Part shown: positions 34,501 through 48,500 of the stretch, piece after piece | Position numbering within the stretch: the first letter of the stretch is position 1 | Layout of the letters: each line of letters begins with the position of its first letter | Assembly (NCBI GenBank): GCA_964036045.1 | Contig: OZ038378.1 | Span: forward strand, 171,678,001-171,742,000 | Length of the DNA: 64,000 nucleotides | Source: Eutreptiella sp. 'Long Island Sound 2002' | Lineage: Eukaryota; Protista; Euglenida | Reading direction: 5' to 3' | Notes under the pieces: generated by a model | Told to the model about the DNA's origin: nothing | Seen by the model: only the letters and a program-made list of their open reading frames with translations | Databases searched by the model: none | Position numbers and translations under genes: made by a program

Positions 34501-37500
34501 GCTGGGGGATGCACACATGGACTGGGGGGCGCGCACAGCGGCTGGGGGACGCGCACAGGGGCTGGGGGGCGCGCACAGCGGCTGGGGGACGAGCACAGGG
34601 GCCGGGGGACGTGCACATGCACAGGGGCTGGGGTACGCGCACAGGGACTGGGGGGCACACACAGGGGCTGGGGGACACGCAACAGGGGCCGGGGGGACCC
34701 GCACAGGGGCTGGGGTACGCGCACAGGGACTGGGGGGCACACACAGGGGCTGGGGGACACGCAACAGGGGCCGGGGGACGTGCACATGCACAGGGGCTGG
34801 GGTACGCGCACAGGGACTGGGGGGCACACACAGGGGCTGGGGGACACGCACAGGGGCCGGGGGGACCCGCACAGGGGCTGGGGGATGCACACATGGACTG
34901 GGGGGCGCGCACAGCGGCTGGGGGGCGTGCACAGGGGCTGGGGGGCGCGCACAGGGGCTGGGGGACGAGCACAGGGGCTGGGGGGCGTGCACAGGGGCTG
35001 GGGGACACGCAACAGGGGCCGGGGGACACGCAACAGGGGCCGGGGGACGTGCACATGCACAGGGGCTGGGGTACGCGCACAGGGACTGGGGGACGCGCAC
35101 AGGGGCTGGGGGACACGCAACAGGGGCCGGGGGACGTGCACATGCACAGGGGCTGGGGTACGCGCACAGGGACTGGGGGGCACACACAGGGGCTGGGGGA
35201 CACGCAACAGGGGCCGGGGGACGTGCACATGCACATGGACTGGGGGGCGCGCACAGCGGCTGGGGGACGCGCACAGGGGCTGGGGGGCGCGCACAGCGGC
35301 TGGGGGACGAGCACAGGGGCTGGGGGGCGTGCACAGGGGCTGGGGGGCGCACACATGGGCTGGGGGACGCGCACAGGGGCTGGGGGGCGCGCACAGGGGC
35401 TGGGGAACGCGCACAGGGGCTGGGGGGCGCGCACAGGGGCTGGGGGACGCGCACAGGGGCTGGGGGGCGCGCACAGCGGCTGGGGGACGAGCACAGGGGC
35501 CGGGGGGACCCGCACAGGGGCTGGGGGATGCACACATGGACTGGGGGGCGCGCACAGCGGCTGGGGGACGCGCACAGGGGCTGGGGGGCGCGCACAGCGG
35601 CTGGGGGACGAGCACAGGGGCCGGGGGACGTGCACATGCACAGGGGCTGGGGGGCGCGCACAGGGACTGGGGGGCACACACAGGGGCTGGGGGACACGCA
35701 ACAGGGGCCGGGGGGACCCGCACAGGGGCTGGGGTACGCGCACAGGGACTGGGGGGCACACACAGGGGCTGGGGGACACGCAACAGGGGCCGGGGGACGT
35801 GCACATGCACAGGGGCTGGGGTACGCGCACAGGGACTGGGGGGCACACACAGGGGCTGGGGGACACGCACAGGGGCCGGGGGGACCCGCACAGGGGCTGG
35901 GGGATGCACACATGGACTGGGGGGCGCGCACAGCGGCTGGGGGACGCGCACAGGGGCTGGGGGGCGCGCACAGCGGCTGGGGGACGAGCACAGGGGCCGG
36001 GGGGACCCGCACAGGGGCTGGGGGATGCACACATGGACTGGGGGGCGCGCACAGCGGCTGGGGGACGCGCACAGGGGCTGGGGGGCGCGCACAGGGGCTG
36101 GGGGACGAGCACAGGGGCCGGGGGACGTGCACATGCACAGGGGCTGGGGTACGCGCACAGGGACTGGGGGGCACACACAGGGGCTGGGGGACACGCAACA
36201 GGGGCCGGGGGGACCCGCACAGGGGCTGGGGTACGCGCACAGGGACTGGGGGGCACACACAGGGGCTGGGGGACACGCAACAGGGGCCGGGGGACGTGCA
36301 CATGCACAGGGGCTGGGGTACGCGCACAGGGACTGGGGGGCACACACAGGGGCTGGGGGACACGCACAGGGGCCGGGGGGACCCGCACAGGGGCTGGGGG
36401 ATGCACACATGGACTGGGGGGCGCGCACAGCGGCTGGGGGGCGTGCACAGGGGCTGGGGGGCGCGCACAGGGGCTGGGGGACGAGCACAGGGGCTGGGGG
36501 GCGTGCACAGGGGCTGGGGGACACGCAACAGGGGCCGGGGGACACGCAACAGGGGCCGGGGGACGTGCACATGCACAGGGGCTGGGGTACGCGCACAGGG
36601 ACTGGGGGACGCGCACAGGGGCTGGGGGACACGCAACAGGGGCCGGGGGACGTGCACATGCACAGGGGCTGGGGTACGCGCACAGGGACTGGGGGGCACA
36701 CACAGGGGCTGGGGGACACGCAACAGGGGCCGGGGGACGTGCACATGCACATGGACTGGGGGGCGCGCACAGCGGCTGGGGGACGCGCACAGGGGCTGGG
36801 GGGCGCGCACAGCGGCTGGGGGACGAGCACAGGGGCTGGGGGGCGTGCACAGGGGCTGGGGGGCGCACACATGGGCTGGGGGACGCGCACAGGGGCTGGG
36901 GGGCGCGCACAGGGGCTGGGGAACGCGCACAGGGGCTGGGGGGCGCGCACAGGGGCTGGGGGACGCGCACAGGGGCTGGGGGGCGCGCACAGCGGCTGGG
37001 GGACGAGCACAGGGGCCGGGGGGACCCGCACAGGGGCTGGGGGATGCACACATGGACTGGGGGGCGCGCACAGCGGCTGGGGGACGCGCACAGGGGCTGG
37101 GGGGCGCGCACAGCGGCTGGGGGACGAGCACAGGGGCCGGGGGACGTGCACATGCACAGGGGCTGGGGGGCGCGCACAGGGACTGGGGGGCACACACAGG
37201 GGCTGGGGGACACGCAACAGGGGCCGGGGGGACCCGCACAGGGGCTGGGGTACGCGCACAGGGACTGGGGGGCACACACAGGGGCTGGGGGACACGCAAC
37301 AGGGGCCGGGGGACGTGCACATGCACAGGGGCTGGGGTACGCGCACAGGGACTGGGGGGCACACACAGGGGCTGGGGGACACGCACAGGGGCCGGGGGGA
37401 CCCGCACAGGGGCTGGGGGATGCACACATGGACTGGGGGGCGCGCACAGCGGCTGGGGGGCGTGCACAGGGGCTGGGGGGCGCGCACAGGGGCTGGGGGA

Positions 37501-38072
37501 CGAGCACAGGGGCTGGGGGGCGTGCACAGGGGCTGGGGGACACGCAACAGGGGCCGGGGGACACGCAACAGGGGCCGGGGGACGTGCACATGCACAGGGG
37601 CTGGGGGGCGCGCACAGGGACTGGGGGACGCGCACAGGGGCTGGGGGACACGCAACAGGGGCCGGGGGACGTGCACATGCACAGGGGCTGGGGTACGCGC
37701 ACAGGGACTGGGGGACGCGCACAGGGGCTGGGGGACACGCAACAGGGGCCGGGGGACGTGCACATGCACAGGGGCTGGGGTACGCGCACAGGGACTGGGG
37801 GGCACACACAGGGGCTGGGGGACACGCAACAGGGGCCGGGGGACGTGCACATGCACATGGACTGGGGGGCGCGCACAGCGGCTGGGGGACGCGCACAGGG
37901 GCTGGGGGGCGCGCACAGCGGCTGGGGGACGAGCACAGGGGCTGGGGGGCGTGCACAGGGGCTGGGGGGCGCACACATGGGCTGGGGGACGCGCACAGGG
38001 GCTGGGGGGCGCGCACAGGGGCTGGGGAACGCGCACAGGGGCTGGGGGGCGCGCACAGGGGCTGGGGGATGC
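31521..38072 (+). repeat. G-rich minisatellite (monomer of about 20 nt, GGGCTGGGGG(G/A)CGCGCACAG, and variants) with 1516-bp higher-order repeat
   Basis: Marker gcgcacacat at 33831, 35347, 36863 (spacing 1516) and 37969; marker acatgcacat at 33711, 35227, 36743 and 37849. Confidence 0.97.
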
Positions 38073-39503
38073 GCGGATTCCAGTTGGCATACATAAACTG
38101 AAAGGAAATGGAATCAATCACGCCATGGGACCCCCCTGCCTCATATCTCCCTCCCACTGCATACCTCGTTCGAATGATCCTCCTGCTCCACAGCTTCTGC
38201 ATCCACTATGCAACTGTCGTCGACAAAAGTGATCTGCAATGGTGGTGGCAACCAGTGCACATGCAGAAACGTCGCACACAACCTCATCCGAAGTTTGCAG
38301 TGTCAGGGTGCATGTGAACGTTGATTGAATACATTTAAGGCCAAATGCAATCTGACAGCTTGAGAACACCAATCGCACAGCTTCGCCCTCGCATTGTTAC
38401 TGAATGAATGGCGAACGCAAAGTGATTTGAAGTGGTGCGTGTCCAAATTTGAAGATGATACCCGCCCTCTAGCCCTGTTCTGACGATGGACAAAGTGCTT
38501 GGCCGAATCCCAGAAGTGCAGCCCGGCTGGTCCCTGTCGTTGGACAAGCCCGTCGCTGTGTGTGAGCCGCACTGATGGCCATTAGTATCTCATGCTGCGG
38601 GACATGATGCTCAACTGCACAACTGTGACACCTGAGCACTTACAATCAGTCATTCGTGTGCCCTCTTTTCTATGCTTGGAGGTAAGACCTGCTGCGTGTT
38701 CGGTGGCGTTGCGCTGAATTGTGTGTTTTTGTGTGGTGCCTCGCGTGCTTTTTTGTTGTGTGTGTTGGTTGCGTCGCGTTGCGTCGTTTCCTTTCCTAGT
38801 CACAATATTTTTGGGTTTTGCAATTTCCCACCGTGGCCTCGAAGACCCGTCACAAAAAATGACCCCTCCACCAACCCCCATCACCACCTGGACCCCAAGG
38901 TGGCACCAAATTTTTTGCATCCCCGGCCTTGATTGAGTGTGTGGGTCTCATTTCTCCAACTTTTTTTTTGTTGGCCGGGACCTCTTGGCCTGCCCTACCC
39001 TCGATCCAGCAACCATCTCCGAGGCAAAGGTGCAGTCCAAAAACAACGGAGCCCAGGCAACGACTTTGGAGCACACCCTTGTACCGCTGGGGCTTTGGGA
39101 GCCGTTGATTTGATGCTCAGGTGGTATCGCCAGTTGGTGAGGCAACGTGGCACTTGCCTTGGGGACACTGATCGAGCCACGAGGTCGTTCCTTGTCACCA
39201 TTACCGACCTGGATCCGACGTGTGACGCTGGAAGGAGACTTCACTTCGTAGACGGCACTCGATGCTGCACACCCCATGGTTCGAAAACGCCTCTACGAAG
39301 AAAAGTCCCAAAACAACAACACAAGGTAAAGTGTGGGATTGCATGACATGCAACACTGCGATCCACAGCGTTGCTGGTTTTTGACTATGGACACACAATG
39401 CTAGAGTCAAAGCGAGACGCTCCACGACCACTGAAATAATAGAGAAAGGCCGTAGGGGGCATTGTCACATATTCGTGCTTTTGTACATGGTTGTGCGGAA
39501 TGT

Positions 39504-39504
<1 letters not shown>

Positions 39505-39588
<84 letters not shown>
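39505..39588. repeat. (CA)n microsatellite, about 42 units
   Basis: Direct reading. Confidence 0.97.
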
Positions 39589-39589
<1 letters not shown>

Positions 39590-40836
39590 CACACACGTCA
39601 ACTTCTCTTGTCTCCACTACCATTCGACATCACATGTGCGCATGGAGCCTCTTAGTACACCCGTATGTGCAGATTTGTGCAATACTCGAAGGCTTTCGAA
39701 GCTCCAATCTCTCAAAGGGGAAGCGTAAGAAATTTTGAAGGCACTCAACAACCGACGGATTGTTGCCGACCTCAACAAATATGGCATTCCCCGTTGGCAT
39801 TCCCCCCTTTTCCCAACTCCTAAGCAAAATTGGGGAGGAACAAGTGACGTCCCGTGTCCCAACGTCGTCCCACATGTCTTCACCAAGCCACTTTATGCCT
39901 TGATGGCCGAGCCTACCCTCCCCTTCCCCCCTTCTATTGCAAGCATGCCGGTTGTGCACCGTTGCTTCGTAGCCTCTTTTTGCAAGAGTACTGAGCAACA
40001 AGACGTTATGATCCACAGAAACAAAAACAGAAAAAGAAACACCAACCCATACCGAGACACCTACTACCTCACGTCACGCAACACCTGTACAAACCCAAAC
40101 ATTGCCTCCTTAGGAATCGAAGGCAACAACGGGACCCTCATCTCTTTCCCTTGTTCATCCACTCATGTCGGTGATCCCAACAATCGCGGACGAAATCCTC
40201 ATTGCTTTGCCCATTTTCCCCCGTTTAGCCATGCAAAGTATGGACCAAACACAGTGTTTCCATGGTCCGACTTAGTTAGCGTGTGGGTCGCGGAAACCAA
40301 TTAGCAGCCACCGATCCCTTGGGGCCTCGGTGATAAGCCTATCTCGCTTTTTGCCCGCTACCCCTCTAGTTCACCTTTACGCTACGACAATGTAGGCTTG
40401 AGCTAAATCACGCGCAACAAAGCATAGAGTGCAAGTCAACACGCAACGATCGTTGTGATGGATTGTGATTGCAATCATTGTGACAATCCTTTGTTTCATG
40501 CCACTTTGAACGGAATGGTGTTTCTTGGGACCCGAGTTTCGAAGATCAAGGCTCAAACATGTGGCATCAAATTACACCCGACTTATGTTCAGGTTGGGAT
40601 AATTGCACGTTCATTTGATGCTCTCATGATGGACTTCCACGCATGTTTCGGGCGGGCTTCACTTGCGCGTAGGTCGTGCTCAAACAATTTGTGTTTGGGA
40701 ACAACCCATGTGCACTAGCATGGCATCGGTTGAGAATTTGTCGGGATATTTTGCGCCCGTTTTCCAAATTAATTGCTATTTCCACCTTGAAATCTTTCAT
40801 AAAGTGCTTTTCCCCAAGTCGTCCTTTCCATAATCC

Positions 40837-41100
40837 TCATTTGTTGATGGGTGGGTGAATGCTTTGCGTTGTAATGATTTTTGGTGGTATGCAACCAATA
40901 CTAATCCTCCCAAAAACGGCATTTTGGGGGTTACTTTGTTGACGATGTGACGTTCTTGCGCATGGCTTTAAGTGGAAATAAGCCAATTCTATTGACTCAT
41001 TACTCCATGCATTCGTCAAATGGTCCGAAATGTCATCGCCACCATTGTCATGTATATCATGGCGTGTCCATAGCGCAAGCATTTTTCCAAGAGCTACCTA
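40837..41100 (-). pseudogene. Possible highly decayed LTR-retrotransposon integrase fragment
   Basis: GKMLALWT...DDISDHL...IELAY...ARTS...P.NAVFGR loosely matches the post-catalytic Ty3/Gypsy integrase pattern (MLR..DWD.HL..ELAYN..T..SPF..FGR). Weak, by eye only. Confidence 0.25.
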
Positions 41101-44100
41101 TTGATTGTAAAATAGTAAACAAGCGAGCTATCTCCGAGCAACCTTATACATTACAAAGCCAGATTGTCGTGTTCAACAAGGTCTTGGGTTGGCGAACAAA
41201 TCCTCTCAGTACCGATTTTCGGGTTCTCTTCAATATGCGCATCACCTGAAGAGCATGAGAATTATTTAAAAAAAACAAATCTCAATAAATCTCAACAAAT
41301 CTTTTAAGAAGGAGAAGGAGCCTACTACGACTAGTAGTACAACGAGTCTAGGCAAGCAAGTACTAAAGGGCACTAAAGTACTAGGCAAGAAAGATGTCGC
41401 GTAAGCCCGCGTATACAGTTCCTTTCCGTTAAGTTACAAAATCCACACATCTGGATGGGAATGTTGGTAACTTGCAACTTAGGACGGGCCAAGACAAAGT
41501 CGAGAATGTTCGGGTGCGGGGTGAACAAAAGCGTTTGGAACCACCGACACCACCAAGGAATCGATACACGTCGAGAACTTACAAATCATGGTTTTGAAAC
41601 TTACAACCCTGAGCTTACTCATAGTGATGCCGCTTGAAAGCCTGGTCGCTTCACGATTGCTCTGACGTTTGTTCCTTTTGACTATATTTCTTAAATGATG
41701 GTGAAAATTCGACTTCCACCTGTTTAACGAGTTTACTTCATGTCCCAGCCGGGGGGTTACGTACAGGAGGTACAAAGCAACCTTGTGCGTAACACACGGA
41801 TGCGTGCACCAATAAGAGGTACGAATGTATGAGCTGTCACTGCATAACTGATATGTATGTGCGTCCTGACTGATGTGCGATGCAACAACATAGAACACAG
41901 CCTCGGGAATGTGCCCTTTGTAGCAAGGCCCTTAGTCACTTTGGTCTAGATTCCCTACCCACATTCGTGCATGCATGGTGCTTTGTACTTGGGAGGGCCG
42001 GGCACACGACACACTTTAGCCATGTGAATCTATATGACTTGCCTTCCCAACTTCAGAAACACGGGAGCACATGTGACCAAGGTCTACCAAGGTCATAGCG
42101 TTGCATTTTTGACGTTTGCCCACGAGGCCCCAATATGTGGGGCATTTCCGCCTAGTAGTTTGGCCTAGCACCCTAGCAGGACTAGCAGGCCTAGCAGGAC
42201 AAAGGTGTTTCGGACTCCGAAGAACCCGAACAAGGTTTGGACCCGAACTCAAGGTTTGGACCCGAACTCAAGGTTTAGACCTTGTCCCCCAAAAGGACTT
42301 TTTGTCCAACATAGCTTGGGGGTGGGGGGCCTGTGCCACGGGAAGTGCGAATCAATGGTTGCCACATATGTGCGCTATTGAGCGTCGGCACATTCAAGGG
42401 GATTAGCCTACCGACCTGGCAAATTTGAGATGTTTTTCTGCGGGGGTGCCAGGTGAGTACGCGCCAACTTCCTCTCGAGGAGGGTATTTGATCACACACA
42501 CTTTCGATCGTTTTCACATAGTTTTTCACACAAACGTAGCCTTGGGAGCATCAACGGTCAAGGCTGTGATTTGTCACACATGTGCCTGATTCGGTTGCAA
42601 GGAAACTTGTGGAGTTTTCATAAAAATGTTTTCTTTACACAGCATCGCACACACCGGCATGATTGTTGATCAACCCGGTCTCCCTTTGAGCAACCAACAC
42701 AACCACAACTCAATGTTCATTTGGCAGTCTCTTTGCAAATCTAGCGCCCAACTATTCTTCGTGCCATGAAATCCCAAAGCATCAAAGTCACTTGTGACTT
42801 GCGTTCTCAAAAAACGGGTGTGTGTCATCCGACGACAAAGAGCATATTTTGCCTCAACAACAACAACAATAACAACGACAACAATGACGACAACAACGGC
42901 TGCTGTTATTAACCACAAAAGCCATTTGCCAACTGCTACGTTACATCCCACGAACTCCACAAGTGATGAACGAAAGCACCACGATATGTCTGGCATCTCG
43001 GCTTGGTTTGTTATGAAACTTTGATTAGGTCATCTACTTGTCTCGGATTGCCATGAAACGAAAAATAGATATTAGTGAAATGGTACCTGGTATTTGTGCT
43101 CGTTAGTACGTGACTTCTTTTGCGACAAACTCCCATGAAATTAGAGAACATGCATGAGGATGAAGGAGGTGGAAGGCTATCGATGCAAAACCCAAGGTGT
43201 GACCCATAAAACACCCAACGTACCACGTTCTCTCTCGTGTTGTAATACCTTTTGGTACCTCATGCAACGTCTCATGTGGCTTGCTTTGAGACACTACACT
43301 ACATGAAGCCAAGTAGTACACACCGTATCGCTTGCTCTACAGATTCAACAAGAGCCCGATTTTCGTAGAATAAAGTCCCATGCCCAAACATTGGTCGGGC
43401 ACCGGTGCGTATTTGAAAGATTCTCTTCCCACGTAGATTTCTTCAGTAGCGTATGTTTGCTTGAGGACAGAGCACGGCAAGCTGACACGGCAATATCTGG
43501 GAGTGGCCAAATAATTTGTGCTTTGTGTAACCGAGTAGTGTGGTCGAGTCTGAATCACGTGGGGTGTCGGGTGCATATGTGTGAAATAAATTTGACGTAC
43601 GTGATGCATATGTCACAAGGCCATTGGCATAATGTGGTATGATGTGTTGGGTGACATACAAGTCACATTGTGCAACCTCATGTTAATGATCATTTGCATA
43701 CTTGCGTTATGTTTTGACTATTAAGCCTATGTTCATTTTGGTTTGCATCGTGTACACATGTGAGTTCACTTGTTCTTTGTCAGGCTTGACTCTTGCAAAA
43801 GTGCATGACCAAGCCTCCGTTTTTGTTTTGTGCATTCAAGTTCTTTGTGAATGTTACATCCCAATTTTGTATTTGATTGGATGTTACATGGCTAGTCAAT
43901 TCAATAAAAATCTAGAGCACCACAACACACCATTGACAAACGAGGACCGTGCTTAGCCACTCCTTGCCATATCAATTGGGCTGCCAGCAATCTTAGTCTT
44001 AGTCTCCGTCTTAGTCTTGCAAGGGGTAGCAATTTCACCTTTTCTAAGTTGTTGAGCTTGTGATGTGCATGCTTCCACCGTGTTTGACATGGGTGACATT

Positions 44101-45567
44101 TGGTAGGAACATGGTAAATTGTGAAGTCTTATCACTTCGGGTTGAAGTTGCTTGTTGGTGTGTCCTCATGGTCATTTCCTTGTACAGTTATCCCCTTTGT
44201 TTTTTTCCTCTTTTGGCTTTCCACTCCGCCATGGAGCATGTGCGCACTTTTGAGGGTTTTCATTACAAAAGGGAGAGCTGCATTGAGGCCGAATGGGATG
44301 TTATTAGAAACCCCCTACTGCTCTTCCAAGAGCAAACGACAAGAAGATATGAGGTGTGAGAGTTACCATGTAGCCGTCATGCTACACTACGATGGGTGGC
44401 TGTATTAATTTTATTTAATGTATTCACGTCATGGTTTCCTCAAGGCCCTTTCCTCAAGGCCGCTGACGAAGAAACTTGATACCCACACCGATGGTGGAGT
44501 GGATAGTACGTTTCTCGGGTACCTACCCACGCCACACCCAAACGCCAGGGACCAATTGCATGGCTCTCATTCCCAACCCTACCACAAACCTCCCACCACC
44601 CACCCCCACGATCTCCCCATTTCCACCCTTTTTTCCCCTTGACCCCCAATTTCACCCCATTTCAGCCCATTTCCCCTGTTTTCCATTTTGGACAGTGGTG
44701 GATAATGGCAGACTGATGTCAATGGTTGGCAATTTGGCCCTGCACATTCAAGCTGTGGCTTCCCCAACTTGAAACAAATAGATGGCCCGTTTGTTGGGTC
44801 GCTCAACAGGGGTCGATTCATGCATTATGTTTCATCATGCGGCCCCATGTGTGAAGTGATTGGGAGTTTTTATGCCCCTAAAGGTATGCATACATGGAGG
44901 TGCCTAGATTGAAGCTCTTAATCGCAAGCAAAGCACAAAGAAGCCCTGCCATTTGGCCATGTTAGGTTTACTTGGTTTCGGACAGTTTGGTGGCTATAGC
45001 CCGAGTGACCGTGTTGTGTGCGAGCAAGGGACTCTGTGTGCAATGGCAAATTTGCGCAGGTTTTTCGTTTCTACTCCTTGTTCGCTTTGGATGTAGCAGT
45101 GTTTTGGGTCCATTAAGAAAGGAATCATCTGATCTGGCCAGTAGGACACGTGCGCTTTGCCCCAAAGAAAGAAAATTGCCCCCTTCCGCTGCCAACCCCT
45201 GATCTCGTGCTGGCCTGTGCCCCCTGGGGACAGCCCCCCCCCCCCCCTGCCAAAATGCTGGCTTTACACGTGCCCGCATATGCCATTGCATGTCCAAGCC
45301 CTATGCATGCCCCTCAAGTGCGTAGGGAAACGATAAATGTCATAAACGCTGCTGCAATTGGCAGAATTCCCGAATTGCGAATTTGTGACACAAGTTCCCC
45401 AAGTAGAGTATTCTGATTTCAAATCTGTGCAAAGTCGCCGATGGCCGCCACAACAGTGAGATTCCTACTGCACAGCATCGTGCAGCCTCTCCCTCATTGT
45501 CTTATCACAGCCGCTGTCATGTAGCTTCCTCCTGCTGCTGGCCTTCGCGTCAACAAGGCCATTCACC

Positions 45568-48500
45568 ATGACTGCAGGACGAGCACGACGCCGTCCACGC
45601 ATTCAAGGGCACCGTGGCGCACTGTATCTGGAGCCAGAAAACACTTTGGCTGCTTTCCGAAGTTGTTGTGAGATGGGTGCTGATTCAGTGGAGCTGGACG
45701 TGTTTGCGACAAAGGATGGCGAGCTTGTCGTGTTTCATGGCGGTGTGTCATGTGATGTTGCATTGCAGGCCTCGTGGGGTGATAGTGAAATGAGATGTAC
45801 TGTAAATCGCTGTACAACCACACCGTGTACATCCACTGGCATGCTGATGGAAGTGCAGAAGAACAGATGACATGACCAACCCCCGTCCCCCCCTCTTACT
45901 CGTACTTTAGGACCTCATTTAATTCGGTCCTAAATGTGAGGAAAGATGCTGGTTCATTGTGCACTTGTGGTGGATTGCTGAGTCACACAGCTGCCATTAT
46001 CAACTGGCTGATTTCTGTGCACACTTTCAGCTTCCATTCACGTTGTGTTGGGGTGCAACATCCTCCCTGCTCTGCAGTCTTTGACTGCAGCCTGGCGCAT
46101 TCGTAACAATACTGCCGCACGCAAGATGTGCCGTGTCTACGATACCAGGGAGCGTATGGCCTGCAGTAATTTGGGGCCTGGGCATATCTTGCACAGGGGT
46201 CAGAGGGTGTTGCCCCCGAAGACAGGGGCCATGCCACGCACCCCCGAGTCATGTGTACCCCTGCTCTGCAGCACAAGGACGGGATGGACGCGATGGGCTC
46301 TTATCCAACCTGATGGACGTGGCTCAGCTGGAGGATCCGGATGCACACGTCCAAGACCTGACGCTGCGTGAAGTGCAGGCGCTCCGGTTTCGCGAGACAG
46401 CCCCGGAGTTGGTGTGTGGCCCTGAAAGAGCCAGGGCATCCGCAGGCATTCCCACGTTGCGGGCAGCACTGGAGCTGTGCAAGAAGTATGGTGTTATGGT
46501 TACAGTGGAATTGAAAGGTGCTGTGGATCACTAAATGCCTGTGCTTTTTACATGGATTTTGATTCAGCAATGTAGGCAGGCAGGGCAGTCGTTACAGAGT
46601 GCCATATTGCTTTTGCACCGCCAAGGCCACCTGTTGCATCTTAAAGCCCAGAACCGACAGGGGCTGGCGGTTATTTCGGGGCAACAGATGCCATCGTGGA
46701 GTGTTTGTGCCTGCCACCCTGTGGACGGTCAGCGCCGAATCTCTGTCTCTACCCCTCGGCCGGAGGCTTCGGGCACTTCAGGACCGGCTTTATTCCTGGC
46801 GCCGATGGGGGATGGGGGGTGGCCAAATACAGATGTAAAAGGAAATTGGCACATTTGCCACTTGCACACCTGCAACCAAATACAACTGTATGCGTTTGGA
46901 ATCGCTGTACAAAATAGTTTTCTTGGGAAGGGTCCCATGAAAGTTAGATGGCACCATGTAATGCAACTAAAGTTAAGCGCTTAATTTTACTTTGTGGCAC
47001 AGAGTGCAGTGTCAAGGAAACTGTGTTTGTGTTCGGGGGGTGGATGCGCAGGTATTGTGCATAGTTCTCACTCCTGTGCATCGTTATTGACGGTTCCCAA
47101 CCAACCAATTGTGCCCGCCCAGGCCGGCCCCTGACCATGACCTCCGACCAGCTTCACTGACCGCGTGCGAACTCATTGAAGGCAGCCAGTCTTCCACTGC
47201 CTGGGTGCCAATCAAATGTCACCAATTGATGGGCACTGCCATACTGACGGCTGCATGGTACATTGCACAGCAGAACCAACCCAGTGTTGCAGTAGAGCTT
47301 GAAGTCGACCAGAACTGCCGTGCAGAGGAGGGACTGGGAGTGACCGAGCGCGACACTATCAAGGGCCTGTGTTTGGGGGGGGTGAGGGGGTAAGACCTAA
47401 ACAAGCAAAACCGGTGTCCAGTGCCATATTTTTCGTGTGACCTGCTTGTTGGTTGAGGCCATTCATAGCGAGGGAGAGGACGAGAGGGGGAGCGGGGGAT
47501 GTGCAATCTTGTGGATGCCAGTGAGTGGAATGCTTGTCCCACTGCTCACGATTGCGGCGATCTGGTCCTACTGCCTGCACTGGCGGTCTGTCCTGCTGCC
47601 GGCACTGGCAGGCTTCACAAGCATTTGGGCGGGAGTGTTCCTCAGAGGCTGGTTGGCCATCGGGGAATACAACCCATGTCCAGTGCCATGTTTTTTGTGT
47701 GACCTGCTTGTTGGTCGAGGTCATTGTTGAAGTACGAAGTCGCACCACCTGGTACCCGGTACAACAATCCGAAAAGTGAAGTTTTCTTGTGGACAGCGGG
47801 GCTGTCTTCACCTAGCACCTCGTGCAACAAGGAATCTGGCAACGTGCACCGCAGAAGGTAGTGGGAATTTAGTTCTCCCTCGATTTTTTTTTCCGGCAAA
47901 GGTTCGGAATGTGGTAAGTGGACGGGGAGGGGGGGTTCCATAAAGGCTGGTTGGGCACCGTGTAGTACAACTGGTGTCCAGTGGCATGAACAGGAGCTGA
48001 GAAGCCTGGATCTCCCGTGCCGATAAATTTTGATTTCAATCTTGACTTCTTTTCTTTCTAGTTATTGCATGATTTGCCTGGTTCAGGATGCCTCACTGTC
48101 AATTGCCAAGCCCCTGAGGCCATAGACACAGGGACAGTCGGTGAGCGTGGCAAGGGCCCCCCTCCTCGTTCTTGTAGAAATCCTGCCCAACCCCCCCACT
48201 TCATCCACATCGCAGAGTCCAAGGCGACAGAACCCGCACTGCAGCTCGTCCAGCAACTGCGGATGTTGGATCACGTACTGTTCTCCTCGTTTGAACATCC
48301 GTTGATCGCAAGGGTCAAGGAGCTGCAGCCCGCCGCTCGCACTGCAGCCCTCTTTCAGAGCCCCGTCCCACACGACTTTTTGAAGGTCACCCAAGCCCTG
48401 GGGGCCGATGAGGTGGACCTGGCATACGACGAGTGGACAGCGGAGCGTGTGCAGGTCCTGTCATAGGGTGGACGCATTTGTCGAGGGGCTTCGTTGTTTT

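Noticed and set aside
31375-38232. Six ORFs of more than 2100 aa across the G-rich array
   Set aside because: All six frames are open because the repeat monomers lack TAA/TAG/TGA on both strands; the translations are pure repeat. Treated as minisatellite, not CDS.
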